Assembly (NCBI GenBank): GCA_051294375.1
Contig: CM119268.1
Location: forward strand, 857,218 to 921,217
Direction of reading: 5' to 3'
Origin: Paraspadella gotoi
Taxonomy: Eukaryota; Animalia; Chaetognatha
DNA length: 64,000 nt
In this document: positions 1-13,974 of the stretch, piece after piece
Layout: each line of letters opens with the position of its first letter
Position numbering within the stretch: position 1 is the stretch's first letter
Program-made: the position numbers and the translations under genes
Notes under the pieces: generated by a model
Told to the model about the DNA's origin: nothing
Seen by the model: the letters and a program-made list of their open reading frames with translations, nothing else
Databases searched by the model: none

Positions 1-508
1 ACAAAAGTCCAAAGACCTCAGCCTTCAAGAGCGTTGCATCACCGTCGCCGGTGTGTTGGGTTGTCGGGGGAGTTGGGGGGTAGGGCACATAGGCCCGAAT
101 GCAAGCCCCACCCTTTAAATTTTCCAAACTCTTCACCCGCCACGCATATCTAGTATGGGGGTGGTTCATCTGACATATTTGCCAATGCTCAATCGAAAGA
201 ACAAAGCAACTCGGAGGCTGAGCTTATTGATAGTTTGGTTGCGAAAAAAAGAATTGTTTTATTTTTCCGAGCGAAAATAAAGAAAAATTAGCTTTGTTTC
301 CCAATATAATTTTTTTTTCTTCTATCATAAACGGTTTTCGTGCTGTAAAATCCCTTGATGTTAGTCCCAAACGACCTGGACCTCCCTGTGAAGTCAAACA
401 AATATTGATAATTTTGATAGAATAAAGCGATACCATAACCAGTTCCGTTCGTCGGCTTCTTTCAAACACCCTTTCACCCCCCTGCCCACCCCCCACCCCG
501 TTCTCCAG

Positions 509-3500
509 GCGAAATGGATCAGACTCGTCACGCCGTCGCGATGATCGTGGAGAAGATCGTCGAGGATCCCCAGAGTTCCTCCTGCCCCAACATCTCCTAC
601 GCGGACGCCACGGGGCCGATTCCCTCTGCTAATCCCACAGGTTTCTTCTCTTTCTCCCAGGCGCTCTCTTTTTGGCTCTTCGGCTTTCTCCGTTTTCTTG
701 CCATTTCATCAATACTTTTTAATAAGTCTCATATTTTCCACTATCTCCAAGTTGGAGACTCTCGGCAACTCTTTTTCCAAAGCATGTCCTATTTTCCACA
801 ACTTTTTTTTCCAGAACCTTTCCACACTTCTCTCACGCTTTCCTTCTCTGTCCCCCGGACTTTTCAACACTTGTCACACTTTTGCCCTAGGACCTTTAAA
901 CACTCTTCTCGTACCATTCCCACTTGTTAATCTTTTTCCAGAACCTTTCCACACCTCTCTTACGCTTTCTTCAGAAACTTCTCTCTCTCTCTATCCCCCT
1001 GGAGCTTTAAAACACTTGACACACACTTTCCCGACTTGTCACACTCTTTCCTTACTTGTCACACCACCCGCTTTTCATCAAAACTAATCCCACTTTTTTA
1101 TAATCTCTTTCACCAAACTTCCTCCATACCATTCAAGGTTCTCCCTACGCGACGTTGCCCGCCTCTCGAAATCCATCCGCTGCTGGAATCCCCGACAACG
1201 CGGCAGCGGCGGCGGCGCTGTTTGGCAACAACAACAACCCGACGCTGGCCAGTCTGATGGGACTTTTTCAAGGGTGAGCGCTTTGAGGGAATGATAAGGT
1301 AACGAAGTATAGCGGACCCCTGCTGTTTAGTTATTGAAACATATCTATTAATACCGTTTAATTAATTCCGTTTCATTTGAAAATGCCGTTCCATGTCCAC
1401 AAATGACATTCTCGTTTGGCAATGACATTCTTTATCCAAATATCATTAGTACTCTCTCCGTAAAATGCCTTTTTGGAGAATGCGGTTCTTTTTTTCTAAA
1501 AATAAGTTGTTTTTTTTGTTTGTTTTTTTAAGTCAATACTTTTCTCAGAAATACGAATTACTTTTCTCAGAAATGCGAATTACCTTTCTCAGAAATGCGA
1601 TGGCGGCGACGGGCGGATTCGGTAACAACGTGATGGGGAATCTCGCCGCCAATTTGGCCGGTCACATGATGAGCTCTTTCGCTTCGGGTGAGTTTCTCTT
1701 GTCAACGAACGCAACTCTCGAAATCGGCTCCGTTTATGGTGAGTTAATGATTGGGCCAAGTGATTACCTTTAAAAGATGATCTTGTGTTAGAGAGACGTT
1801 CCTTCAACAACCTCTGCTTTTCTCTAGTGCCTTCAAATGAGCTCAGGGTCGGCAATAAATGAAAAAAAAAAAGCTTCCCGCCCAGTTTTGACTCGTTGCC
1901 TCCGGCGAGAGTTTCTTAACAATGGGCGCGCGGCAGAAACCCGATTGTCGACTTAATTTGGTCACGCGGCCTCGATCCCTACTGGGCGCCTTTATTTTCC
2001 TAATGGGTGGGCACAAGAAAATAGAAGAATAATTGCTGGCCAAAAAATTAATGAGCTGTCACAAACATAAATATTTTTGAAAAGTTTTTTAATAATTCGT
2101 TCGTTCGTTTCTCTTAGGAGTAAATAAGACTGAAATTAGTTTCGAACAGCCGAAACAGTACTGTACTCTTTATATATGACAACTGTCTTATAGTTGTACA
2201 TTTGGTATATGAAATTAGTACCACCAATATAAAAATTATCCATTGATTTAATAAATAAGCTATCTTGCCCCTGCCTTTGGACAGGCTTTGGTTGTTTAAG
2301 GCCTTCATCACTCTTACAATATAATGACATAGGTCCCTGCAAGCTTTCAATCAAGACTCCCTCAGTCTTGTTTATTCTCTCCCAGAGTACCTGGCTTCCC
2401 TATCAATGAAGTGGTATAATATTTCAAAGAATGTTTCAATTGTATGAAAAGTCCATTCCCTTAAGTATTAGATCGGGGAATACCATATTGTACTCCGCCC
2501 AGCATCAAAATACAAGGAGCTGAATTTTATGAAATTGGTACAACTAATATATAATATATATGTATGAATTTTGTATTATGATTTAAAGCTTACCAGCCCT
2601 GCTGTGCTATTATCTTGTATACAAGAGGGATGGAGGCAAGATTACTTATTTATAGAATGAATCGGTCATTTTTATGTTGGTTTTACCAATTTTACATATT
2701 ATTATTATATATCAAGTACGTACGTTCTAAATGTTTAAATTTTTTCCTTCTATCTTAACCGTAATCAATCCAAGACGAATAACTATTCCGACTTCATAGA
2801 CAACGTATATAAATAACTCTTTCTTCCTTTTCTCTCGTTGCTAGGCAACAACAACTCCCCCCTGATGGAAAGCCTCAAGGCCGCTCTCCGCGGTTCCGGT
2901 TATTCCGAGCAAGCGACGCAAGACATCGCCAACGCCATGTCGACCCTGGCCCACTACGGCCTCTTGGGCCAAGGGTTTGGGCTGGCCGGGCCACCCGGGG
3001 CGAACCCCACCTCCCCGCCCGGCATGGTGCCCAATCCCATGACACAGGCGGGCGGTTACGGCCCGCCGGCAAACGTTCAGGTGGAGTAAGTGTGCCGCTT
3101 GTTGTTTCTTATACTTTGGCGATGATTGTAAATCAGTGAATGTGTTTAGTATGTGTAATCTTTTGATTTTTAAAATATGCATAAAACCGTAAGAATTTGT
3201 AAATCCAACTAATGTAAACTATCTATGTTTAAAGTGACAGCACACTAGACCCTCTGTAAGTTTCTGTATGTCTTTGTCTCCCGTTTATGAAATCTTATTT
3301 TTGTGTGTACGTTAAATTTTATCACGATTAAATCCTAGTCATAGTTTCCTTAACTTTGTTTCTTTGTTTAATGTTTAATTGTTCTATTTTTCTATTGTTG
3401 ATTGAGTTTGGAGTTTTGAGATGGACATTCAGGCGGAACAAAGTAAAAACTAAGAGTTCTGTAATATAAATAACGTTAGAGCATCCCTGTGTGATAACGA

Positions 3501-6500
3501 AATTCAAAAGAAATTAAAGATTTTATATATAGTTAATAACAGAAGCATTTAAAGTTTATCGTATTACTATAAATCATGAAATTTTTTTTTCAAAATCAGA
3601 ATTTTTAAAAACGGATTCGGGTAAAAAAATAAATAAAAAATATTATTACAAGATTTCCATATTGATTAAGTATATGATAAAAAAATGAATTTTATGAAAT
3701 TGGTACAACCAATATAAAAATTATCCATTCATTGCATATATTACAGAACTCTTAATGACAAAAAGTGATCAATTATGGCCCGCCTTAACCGACATTATCA
3801 TTATTATTACCAGACATTATCCACTTTTTGTGAAATAAAAATAATTCTTGTACATACAATATAAAATGCTACTAAGTCTAAAAAAATGTTTATACTGAAT
3901 CAACCATGTTGCATTAAAATAAAAGACCATATTAAAGAGAGTAATAATTGTTATGAGTTAGTGACAGAACCGTTAAATATAAGCAGTCTCTGAACTTCGT
4001 ATCAGGCTGTAACTGGCGGGTTAAGCGCCCCGCCCCTCTTAACTGCTAGGCGACCACCGGTCTAGAACCCCGGACCTTTGGGTTGGGAGCCTCCCGCTGA
4101 TGAACGCTTGGTGGATTTTAGTCCACCATAATATATAATACACTCCTGTGCAAAAAAAAAAATGCGCCACTTTATAACTTATTTTTATAAAATATATTAA
4201 AATTTTTTTTTTTTAAATCAATATTTAAATTTTATTACAATCAGTCAAGAGGTTTATGAGATGTCATTTTTTAAACTTGTGTTTCAAAACCAAATGGGGA
4301 AAATTGATTTTTATCTTTATATATTTTTTTTAATTAAAAAAAACTATAAAATGAAAAAAGCTGTCATTATGGTTGTAAAAATTGTTTGATATTCAGATTG
4401 TTCAGATATATACTCCAATATTTATTTATTAATTTTAAAATATTTTTTTTTCAAAAAAATCTAATTTATAATAAAAAAGTTTGATTCAAATACAAAAAAA
4501 AATATTTTTTAAAAATTTGTTTGTTATTGATGAGCACATAACTAAAAAAGTAAACAAGCTGGATTACTTATTGGGAATTAAAAAATAAAAAACGTCAATA
4601 ATTTTTTTATTGAGGTATAAAATTTAAAAATATTATATCAGATAATTGAGTTACAATATTTGATCATTTTATTTTATTCTCACATGAAATCCATATAAAA
4701 GCTCAACTTATCATTTTTTAATAAATTTTAATTTTTTAAAAAGATTTTTAAAAAATTCATGTATATAGAGTAATTTTTAAAGTCTGCAATAAAGTGGCGT
4801 GATTTTTTTGCACATGACTGTATATAAAGGCTGACATTTAATTTAAATTCTTTTTTTTTCCGCAAAGACTTCGCCGGGCGGTTCGGCCAGCAGCGGCGGC
4901 GGCGGCGGCGGCGGTTCCATGGTGAGCAGTCCACAGGGTGGCGGCGGCGGAGGCGGCGGGCCCGGTTTCAACTCGCCCAACTCCAGCCTCCTCGGCAACC
5001 CCGGCGCGGCCACGCCCACATCTTCCTCCAACGTGGGGACGACGCTCTTCGGCGGAGCGGGCCTCGGCGCCGCCGACTCCTTCGGTCAGCAGAACACCAG
5101 CCTTTTTTCCTCGGGTGAGGGAAAAGGAAAGGGGGGCGAGTGTTTGTGTGTGAGGTGGGGAGTCGGAGGGGGAGTGAGGATCTGTGTGTGGGAGGGAGGA
5201 GTTAGGATCTGTATGTGTGGGGAGTGAGGATTTGTGTGGGGGGGTGTGAGGTATGGTTTGTGAGGATACTACAGGGACTAATTTCAAAAATTGTTTGGAT
5301 TGGTAATAGGGCCAACAGGGTGAAGTGAAAGTTTGGAATCAAAATTTAGCTGTTATATCTTAAAAACTATCATATTAGTAAACATTAATCTGTAGTTATT
5401 TTTACAAATATAGTAGCCCAGTCAGCTTATTTTGTACATAGTACTACCCTTATATAATGTCAAAATTTCTAAGTTTTTTTTTTATTCTGAGAACAGATTC
5501 AGATTCCTTGTTAAAAGTTAATAAAAGAAAATATAAATCTTTTTCAAAAATTAGATTATTAAGTAGGTTAAAATTACAAAAAACTATATTTTTAAGCTGG
5601 AAATTAAAAATTGGCATCTTAAACATAGTTTTTTATATTTTTGACTTAATGAAGGAATTTTTATAAAAGAATTAAACTTTCTTATATCAACTTTTTGTAA
5701 AAAATCTAAATCCGATCTTAATCTTTAAAAATTTGCATTTTGAAATTTTAGCCTATAAGATATTTATTTTCATATATAAATATAGCTCACTGTGCCCACT
5801 AATGTATAAAATTTAAAAATAAATTTACCAAAGCATTTTATTTTCTTGTTTTATATGCTAAATTTTAATTTTATAAAATTTTATCATTTTCACATCACGA
5901 GTAAATAAAAAAATCGAATAAAAATTGATAGTCATTAAAAATTTAATGACAACACAATCAATTAAAACGATTCACTTTCGGCAACCACACCCGTTAGAAA
6001 TATTGTCATTTCTGTCATTATTGTTACTATCATTAAGTTGACAGTTCAAGAGGGGATGCGTGGAACAATCTGCTTCTCTATCCTACATTATCATTAATCA
6101 GGGGGATTGCAGTCAGAAAAACTGCGTGGCCAATCAGAGGTTACCATCCTTTATCTTGATTTTCGCCAAATTTTTTTAAATTTCGTAAGGAAGCGGCGGC
6201 AGAATTTTGATATGTCATGCAAAAAGCTTTAATTACAGTAGTTACTCGTTTTTTTGTATTGATCAAAATAAAATTAAGCTTAGTTTCCAAATATAAGTTT
6301 TTTTCTTACGTCAAAACCGTTTTTGTGCTGTAAGCACTTGAAGGTGGTCCCAATAGAGCTATTATCCCAGTACTATTCTTTATGAAAAATTGTAAGATTT
6401 ATTTTTCATTATATAATATATTAGACTAAATTAAACAGAAATTCTAAAATGAATTTAAAAGTTGAGTATATTTTACATAATTATTAGATTTAACAATTAT

Positions 6501-7984
6501 TTTTATATTTAATAAAGAGAGGGAGAGGGATGTTAGTGTTGTCTTCTGGAAATAGAGGGAGCATCTGTACAACACAAGGTTAAACATTTATCTTTGCCCT
6601 AGTATTCTAATAAGATATTAGATCTTATTATTAATATGTCATTTTTCATCCTTAACATCTCACCAAACTCAATACCTACCACCCTTTTTCCACCCCACCC
6701 TTTCCCCCCACTCTAGGTAAGGCGCCCCCACCTGGCGCTGATCCTCGGTCTTTTGGCGCCTCCGACTCTCTCCTCGACTCAGGCGCCAACGGAAACGCCG
6801 GCGTAGCAGGCGGCGGGGGTGGCGGCGCCATGGCGGCGGCTTTTAATAACAACTCGTTCGGACTTGGACCGACCCTGATGGACAAGGATTGCAAGGACGG
6901 CGCAAAACTCGACGTCGAGGTGGCGGAGAATTTGGTCGGCGCCATCCTGGGCCCAGGGGGAAAGGTGTGTTTAAGGGGTTCATCACGGACTTTCAAAATT
7001 GATAATGTTATATTTCAAATGTTTGATCTAATTTAGTTTCCCTTCACATTATGATTAACTGTATTATTCAAATTAGAATTTATTCTAGGAACATTTTTTT
7101 CTTAGTCGCTTCCTCTTTTGAGCTAAAAGTTACGCGTCTCTCTCTCTATCTCTCTCTTCCTCTCTCTTCCTCTCTCTCTATCTCTCTTTCTTTTTTAATA
7201 AAAATCGAATTAATGATGTTAAATATCGCAGTCGCATAATGTCATCATTTTATCATCTTTTAACTTTCTTTTTTATCTCTCACAAATTTATTCATACAAT
7301 TTCTTTAATTAAATTAAATTAATTAAATTCGTCCAATTTAATTAAGTTGATACTTTTAATATTTATTCTATGCAATTTATTTATCTTAATTGTTTTATTT
7401 TAATTTATTTATTTATTTTTGTTTTTCCCTTAATTCTCTCTTTCGCTCTTTTTCATTGTTTTATTATTGTGCGTCGCATCATTGATTTGTTTTGTTACGT
7501 TTTCCTGCATCAAATTTTCATTTTTGAGAATCAAAGTTTGTCGTGGGTCCAGATTTTTGCTTTGCGATTGCGACGATCCCTATTCTTTTAAGATTTTTTT
7601 TTCTATATCTTTCTCTATTTCTCTTCCACACATCGAACGAATCTTCCCTTTCCTCTCCATCTGTTTCGCGAAGACAAAACAAAAGCCCCGCTTCATCTTC
7701 ATCCTTGCCATCTGTTTCCGTTTTGAATCAAGACTCCTCATCCCATCCCTCTTCTCCCCCCCACCCCCCCCCCCCCCCATCCCCGCAGGGCATCGTGGAG
7801 ATCCAACAATACACGGGAGCCAACGTCCAAATCTCCAAGAAAGGCAACTACGCCCCGGGCACGCGCAACCGCGTCGTTACCATTTCCGGTACCCGCCTGC
7901 GTCAACGCGGCTCAATACCTCATCCAGCAGCGCGTGCAGCAGGAGCAGCAGAAGCGGGAACGCGGTCAAGGAGCGCAGCGATGA
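509..7984 (+). CDS. NOVA: Nova/pasilla-family KH-domain RNA-binding protein, 3' part (5' exons lie upstream of the window)
   Basis: Phase-consistent exons 509-640, 1138-1273, 1593-1687, 2845-3080, 4868-5114, 6717-6964, 7789-7984. They encode the end of KH2 plus the Nova linker ([31 protein letters not shown]), [22 protein letters not shown] and KH3 ([50 protein letters not shown]). A frameshift at ~7891-7900 is needed to reach [14 protein letters not shown]..; stop TGA at 7982-7984. Confidence 0.93.
2210..2692. mobile_element. Foldback/MITE-like element with long imperfect TIRs
   Basis: GAAATTAGTACCACCAATATAAAAATTATCCATT..TAAATAAGCTATCTTGCC is mirrored by GGCAAGATTACTTATTTA..TTTTTATGTTGGTTTTACCAATTTT. 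Related pieces at ~3695-3735, 18840-19010, 26555-26768, 35960-36070, 59575-59720 and 61262-61285. Confidence 0.65.
3933..4130 (-). mobile_element. Solo LTR of TRIM family A in a Nova intron
   Basis: Reverse complement matches 34153-34385 with an internal deletion in the tRNA-like 5' half. Flanked by TSD ATAT (3929-3932, 4131-4134). Confidence 0.85.
4141..4820. mobile_element. Non-autonomous Tc1/mariner-like element
   Basis: TA|CACTCCTGTGCAAAAAAA..GCGCCACTTTAT at the left end and ATAAAGTGGCGTGATTTTTTTGCACATGACTG|TA at the right end, with an AT-rich interior. A similar left end occurs at ~19282. Confidence 0.6.
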
Positions 7985-10750
7985 AGCTTGGAGGACGGAA
8001 AGGGGGGACAAAAAGGAAGAGGAGGCAGAGAGAGAGAGAGAGGGAGAGAAATTGGGGAGAGAGAGAGAGAGAGAAGTGGGGAAAAGAAAGGTGTAATTAG
8101 GCTCGGGTATGGGGTGACTGAAACTCGCCCAATTTTCTTTTCTTTTTTTTTTTAATTGGAGCAACAGAGGAAACGGATGCTGACTTCCTTCGATGCGAAT
8201 TTGAGCTGCGCTGGAGGAAGAGGAATGATCTTTCTCTCTCCCCCTCTCTCCCCCTCGCTCTCCCTTCTTTTCTTCTCACGGACGCTTCGATGCCTGCGAA
8301 GATTATCCCCATTTTCTAATTTTTAAAAAAAATCGATCGAAAATACTTATTCGATCCCATTTTAAGGCATTCGGTGTCACGCATTTCCGCATTTCGAGGG
8401 CATTTCCGTCGCATTTTCGCAAATCGTGCGTCATTTATTGGACCTTTTTAATTTGCTCAATCGTTCTCTCTCTTTCTCTAAGAAAAAAATGAACTAATGA
8501 TTAACAGCGAGAGCGAGTTTATTTCTCGCGACTCCTATGCTTGCGTCTGTACGCGTGGATTCCGTGCGTCCGTGCGTTCGATGACCGCATGGGTTGTTAA
8601 TACATCTTGGTTGAAAAAAAAAAATAATGAAAGAGAGAGAAAAAAAAGATAAAATTTATCTTGAATCGTTGCTAAATTAAAAAGGTTGGAACCGACGAAA
8701 TATCTCTCTCACTCACCCCCACCGCCTTTTATATATATTTATATAAATATATATACATTTATTGATAAGAAAAAGAATGTACCATGAATTCCATTCTCCC
8801 CATTTTTTTTTAGTTTCCCGGAAATGCCATGCCATGCACCGTGTTATGTCATGTTTAGAAAAAGAAACTATGAAAGACGATCATGCTGTGACATACTTCA
8901 TGTCGTGACATACTTCATGTTATCCGCGTCTCCGCTCCGATGCTTGAAGATATATTAATGATGAAAAAAAATGTGATTTAGAGAGCGAGAGATTCAAACT
9001 CTCTCTCTATCATCGCTCAGACTTTTAAGTTTTTTGTCGTGAACAAGAAATAGAGAGTCGCTTTAATCCACCCCCCCTCCCCTCTTTTTTTTCCTCTTCC
9101 CCCTTTCCCCTTTTTCTCTTTCACAAAAAAAAGTTAACTTAATCGGTTTTTTTTTCCTTTTATGATTTTTCTTCTTTTCATTAAACAACTTTCATGTATT
9201 TATTCTTCATCTGTCGTAGACAATTGTTGCTTATCTTTAATTTGGAAAACACAACAACAACAAAAAACAAAAAAATCATGGAAAAAAGAACATGCTTTTT
9301 GTCATTTTGATTCTTAAAATCATTTCGAAGAATCAAAATGAAAAGCTAACATTATTTCCCTTTTTTTCGCCTTTCCCCCCTCCCCTGTTTTATCCGTATC
9401 GTCTCGGTCGCCATTTATTTGGGGGCGTTCACCCCCCCCCACTCTCCTCCCACCACCCCCTTAAATTAATTCACGACGTCAGTTTTTTCTGTTTGTTGGG
9501 TCAGAAAAAAAGTCGGTTTTCCGCTGGACAGTTATTTTGACGCCGTCTGCTCCCCCGATTGTGATAAAAAAGAAAAAGCAAATCCCTTTTCGGTTCGGGT
9601 TACCTTTTTTTTTACTCTTTCCATCCGCGGTTGTCAGTAGATGATAAAAACAAAACAAAAACAAAAAGCCAGAGGATTTGAAACACCCTCCCACTCACCC
9701 TCCCTTCTGCATTTCCCGTCATCTTCATTTCATCTCATGAAATTTATTTTTGTAAAGAGAATAACCGCCTTAAAAAAAAACAGCATAAACGATGATACAA
9801 CATCTGAAAAGAGCTTCGCATTCATGTTCGGGACCAACGCTCCTCCAGTTGCTTTTCGAGGGAGCGCGGTGGTAGCGACTGAGGGAAATCCAAAAAAAAA
9901 GAAGCTTTTTTTGATTCCATCTCATGTCTCTCTCTCTTTCTCGTCTCGCACTCTCTCCCAGCTGAAAATATGAGGAAAGAGGTAGGAGAGACTCTCATTC
10001 ATTTTGTCCTTCGTATTCCATTCGGTATTTTCTCTTCTTCGTCTCTTCTCTGGCACGACCGCTTCCAAACTTGTAACCACACTCTTGCTAATATTAATCG
10101 ACGTGATCAAAAAAAAAAAACAAAAACAAAAACAAAACAAAAAAAATACCTGTGAAATCGAGTCAAAAATTCTCTCTCCATGCTCACGGAATTGGGTTTT
10201 CCGCTAATTTCTTTGAATTCTAGTCATGTTTTCCTTCTCACTCGGGCCTGCCGCGGGCTCAAAAACATTCAAACAACAACAAAAACAAAAACAAACAAGC
10301 GTGTCGTTTTGACTCTTTCGCCCCATGGGGGGCCCCCATGGTGTTAATGTCATTTTGTAAGTGGCCTTATCGTACTGTATGGGAAAAAAGTTTCGTTTTA
10401 TATATATATATATATATTCAGTCATTCTTTTTCGTGTCATGCCTTGTCTGAATAGGGTAGAACTAGGCTAGACGTTTATATAAAGAAAATAAATGAATTT
10501 GACTGAGAAAAGAGCAAAATGTTTGGGATGCAGGAAGAGGAATAGGTTAGTGTCGCCAACACATCTTATTCGCCCCGCAAGTTTCATTATTATTATTATT
10601 ATGATTATTTTTAAATTCGAGAGTTGATTGAATTTTCGTATTTAGCTTCTTTCGCTTCATCTCTTACGGTCGCCGTTTTCTATTTGCTCCCAAATTATAT
10701 TATTCACAATCCACATAACATTTTAGGTCTCTGATTTTTTTAGGGGGCAT

Positions 10751-10901
10751 AATTTTACTTTCGCCGACAGGGGGTAAGGAAGGGTTAGGGGTGGTTAGGG
10801 TTAAAATGGTTTAGGGTTAGGGTAATTAGGTAATGATTTTTAAATTTGTTTTTTTGGAAATAAGTAAAGACGCCAAAACCCCGGTCGGCGAAAGTAAAAT
10901 T
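10751..10901. mobile_element. MITE with 18-bp TIRs and internal TTAGGG-like repeats
   Basis: Perfect TIR AATTTTACTTTCGCCGAC / GTCGGCGAAAGTAAAATT. Related copies at ~25584-25790 and ~41513-41661. Confidence 0.7.
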
Positions 10902-13900
10902 TTTCCCTTTTTTTTCGTGTGTGAGATAAAACTAAGGTTGTGCGCTTTTTTTGTCGCTTTTGAATTTTGGGGGAAAAGTAAAGGGTTTTGCCTTTAAATT
11001 AAAATAACATATATAAGGTCGTGGCGATTTTTGATGAAGCTTTGCAAATGATTTGAAATGAAAGTACATACAACGATTACGTTGGCAACTTCATAGCGTC
11101 TTCAGTTTCCGTTGATCCAGGAATCCATTGATTCTGGGGACCCTTAGATTCGTTAATCATTTGTGATCGTTTCTTCGGTGATGGTCATATACAGTTAATT
11201 ATTCATCTAAATACCCATAGTTTTCTCCCTCCCGCCGTTCCTTCATATTTTTTTCCGTGCGGTTTAAACTCCTTCAAAAATCCCCCGATTGGCTATGATA
11301 GGTTTCTGAGATATCCTATACCCGCAATTTTGTATGCGCTGGGCAATTCTCGTTGCTAAGTCACGTGGTAAACAAATCATGGACATGGGATGCTTGACAG
11401 AAACGAGTGAATTTTCTTTTAGTTTCTAGCTCTTAATCTAACATTTCCTAATTTGCTCTTTCCATTTTTTGCAAAAGCAGCTTTTCAATCCTATTAACTA
11501 TTTAAATTTATTATAAAACATTTCGATCGCTCCTTTTTGCCTTCCAGTTATTGAATAACTGTCATGATTGGATGTAAATCACGAAAATTCTTTACGTACT
11601 TGTGATGACCTTTTTTTAAGTTATGGTGTGTATTCAACCGGCATCTACTCACATGTTATCATCCTAGTTAAAAATCTTCATATATCATACATAGTGTCAT
11701 ACTACTAGTCATTTTAACACATAGTGCTTCTCCAAATCTGGAATGACAACGCTTTAGTTTCATCGCTGTTGAGTGTTTTCACAAGATCACTCTGACAAAC
11801 ATGATCAAAAAGTTTTAAAAAATTATTTTATCGATATATATATATATTAGTTTTCAAATAAGGATTTTTCATCCGGAATGCTGCATGATTTCATATAAAG
11901 TGTTTTTACAGTAGAGAAAAAACTAAAATATTTGCTACTGTATGCGCTAGTAAGAAAATCTTGCATCATTTTAACTCTACACTACAGTAAAGACAGTGAG
12001 AGAAAAATGATTCTAATTAATAACCTTTTACAATGATGCTCAAATGATTATATTGTAGCTTTTCATAACCAATTTTTTTTCTTTTTTTTTTTTTTACAGA
12101 AATTATGTTAATTGCTTTTACAGCAGAAATTTATCAACTGAATCAACATCCATCCGCTTCATGTCTTATTAGTCCTCCAGAAATCGACATTTTAGGGATA
12201 GATTATTTCATTGGCATCATGTAAGGGTTTTTATAATTTATAAAATAGTCATTCTTATGGTATCATTTTAAAGTACCTTGTCTTTCCTAAATTAAAACAA
12301 ATTTATATAAACTCATCTTGACCGAATGATAACAAGAGCCTAAAACTAAAATGATGATCATAATATATTATTACATCTTTGGATTTGATCACCATTTTTT
12401 TAATAGTTAGATTCGTATTGATGCTAATTTTTAACTATTATTAATTTATTGGTTCAGGACAGATATGTAAAAATGTAGCGAATTAATTTATTATTTTTTT
12501 TTTTCGAGATTGTTTCAAGTATTGTCATAGAATGATAATGTCATGCTGTGAAAAAATTTAAATTTTTGTTTTCATTAATCATGATTCAATGAGGCTGTTC
12601 TAAATAATTTCATTGTCATCAAATTCAATCATTTTATCTTGAAAAATGATATTCTTGCTCTTCAGTCTTCACTTATAAAATCATCGGTCATAAAAGAATT
12701 TTCAGCACAGTTTTGATATTAGGTAAAAAGAAACTCACTTTTTACTGGATAAAAACATAATTTTTGTTTTTATGCATTATTCGAATATTAAGCGGGTAAT
12801 TAGTGTGGTCGTAAGACAACTTTAAATTGTATTTATTTTGTTGGCTACAAAATAAATTCCAAGTTCGATTTCTAATTATCTTTTTTCTTTTAAACATAGT
12901 TTTAATCAATTAGTCTCGATTTACACAGCTAATGGCATAAACATCCACGGTTTGATATAGTAATTATTATATTTTATCAAGTTAACCGTTCTTTAGTTAA
13001 AAATCATGTTATGAAATAATTTTACTTCCAGAAGACTTTTAAAAGAATTTTAGTTTTATTAGTATCATGTAGGAAACCTAATATAAGTATAATAAAATCA
13101 AAAATTGCTTAATCTTTGGAAATATGTGATTTTTGCTTACTAAACATGAAAAGGCGAAATCCCTCGAGAAACATTAAATCGCTTTGGCTATCCCCCTTTT
13201 TTATTTTCTAGAGAATATTTCTAATTTAAAACTCTGTATTTTCGGTAAAAGAAATTACAACGTAGGAATGACGTGAAACGCGATATTGTCTTCTTGTCCT
13301 TAATCGAACAAAAGGACAAAGCGCGGGTCGGCGTCGAACGGGGGCGCGACTTCGGGCCCTTCGTCCTTCCTGACTCACCAGCTGGATCTTTGGTCTCTGG
13401 CCATTTTTCTTTCTTTCTTTTTCCTTTTTGTTGGCCTTCGATCAGTCATAACAGAAAAAGAGTTTATCTCTCCATTTATTATCTAAACTCTTTCTTACTA
13501 CGTCGTTTTGTCAGTCTCAAAAACCGATGACGAGGTGCGCTTAAACAACCCGGATCTAATAAAAAAATAAGTTTGAGCAAACAATGTCGGATCTGTCCAC
13601 GATAATAGCGGTAATTAATTAATCAATTAATTAATATAAACTAAAATTATAATTTTATTCATAAATTAATTTTGATTTGATCCGAAATGTTTGTTTTTAG
13701 GTCTTTTCGTCACTCACCACAAAAAAGCAACGACGACGATGATGGCGATGACGACAATAATGCCGATAATGATTGACTTGATTATTTGATTGATTGATTG
13801 ATTAAGTAATTACTTATAAATAAATTGATTGAAGAATTGATTAATAGATAAATTGATTGATTGATTAATTGACTGATTAATTTATTATTTATTAATTAAT

Positions 13901-13974
13901 TGACGAATTGATAAATTAGCTGATTAATTATTTGATTAATTATTACACCTTGCATTTACATTTAATATAAAAAA

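Noticed and set aside
4095-4130. CTGATGA, suggesting a hammerhead ribozyme in family A
   Set aside because: No downstream stem II-GAAA or compatible cleavage triplet was found.
11351-11376. Adjacent X-box-like, E-box and forkhead motifs
   Set aside because: These are short motifs far from the tektin start with no linked transcript, and could be chance.
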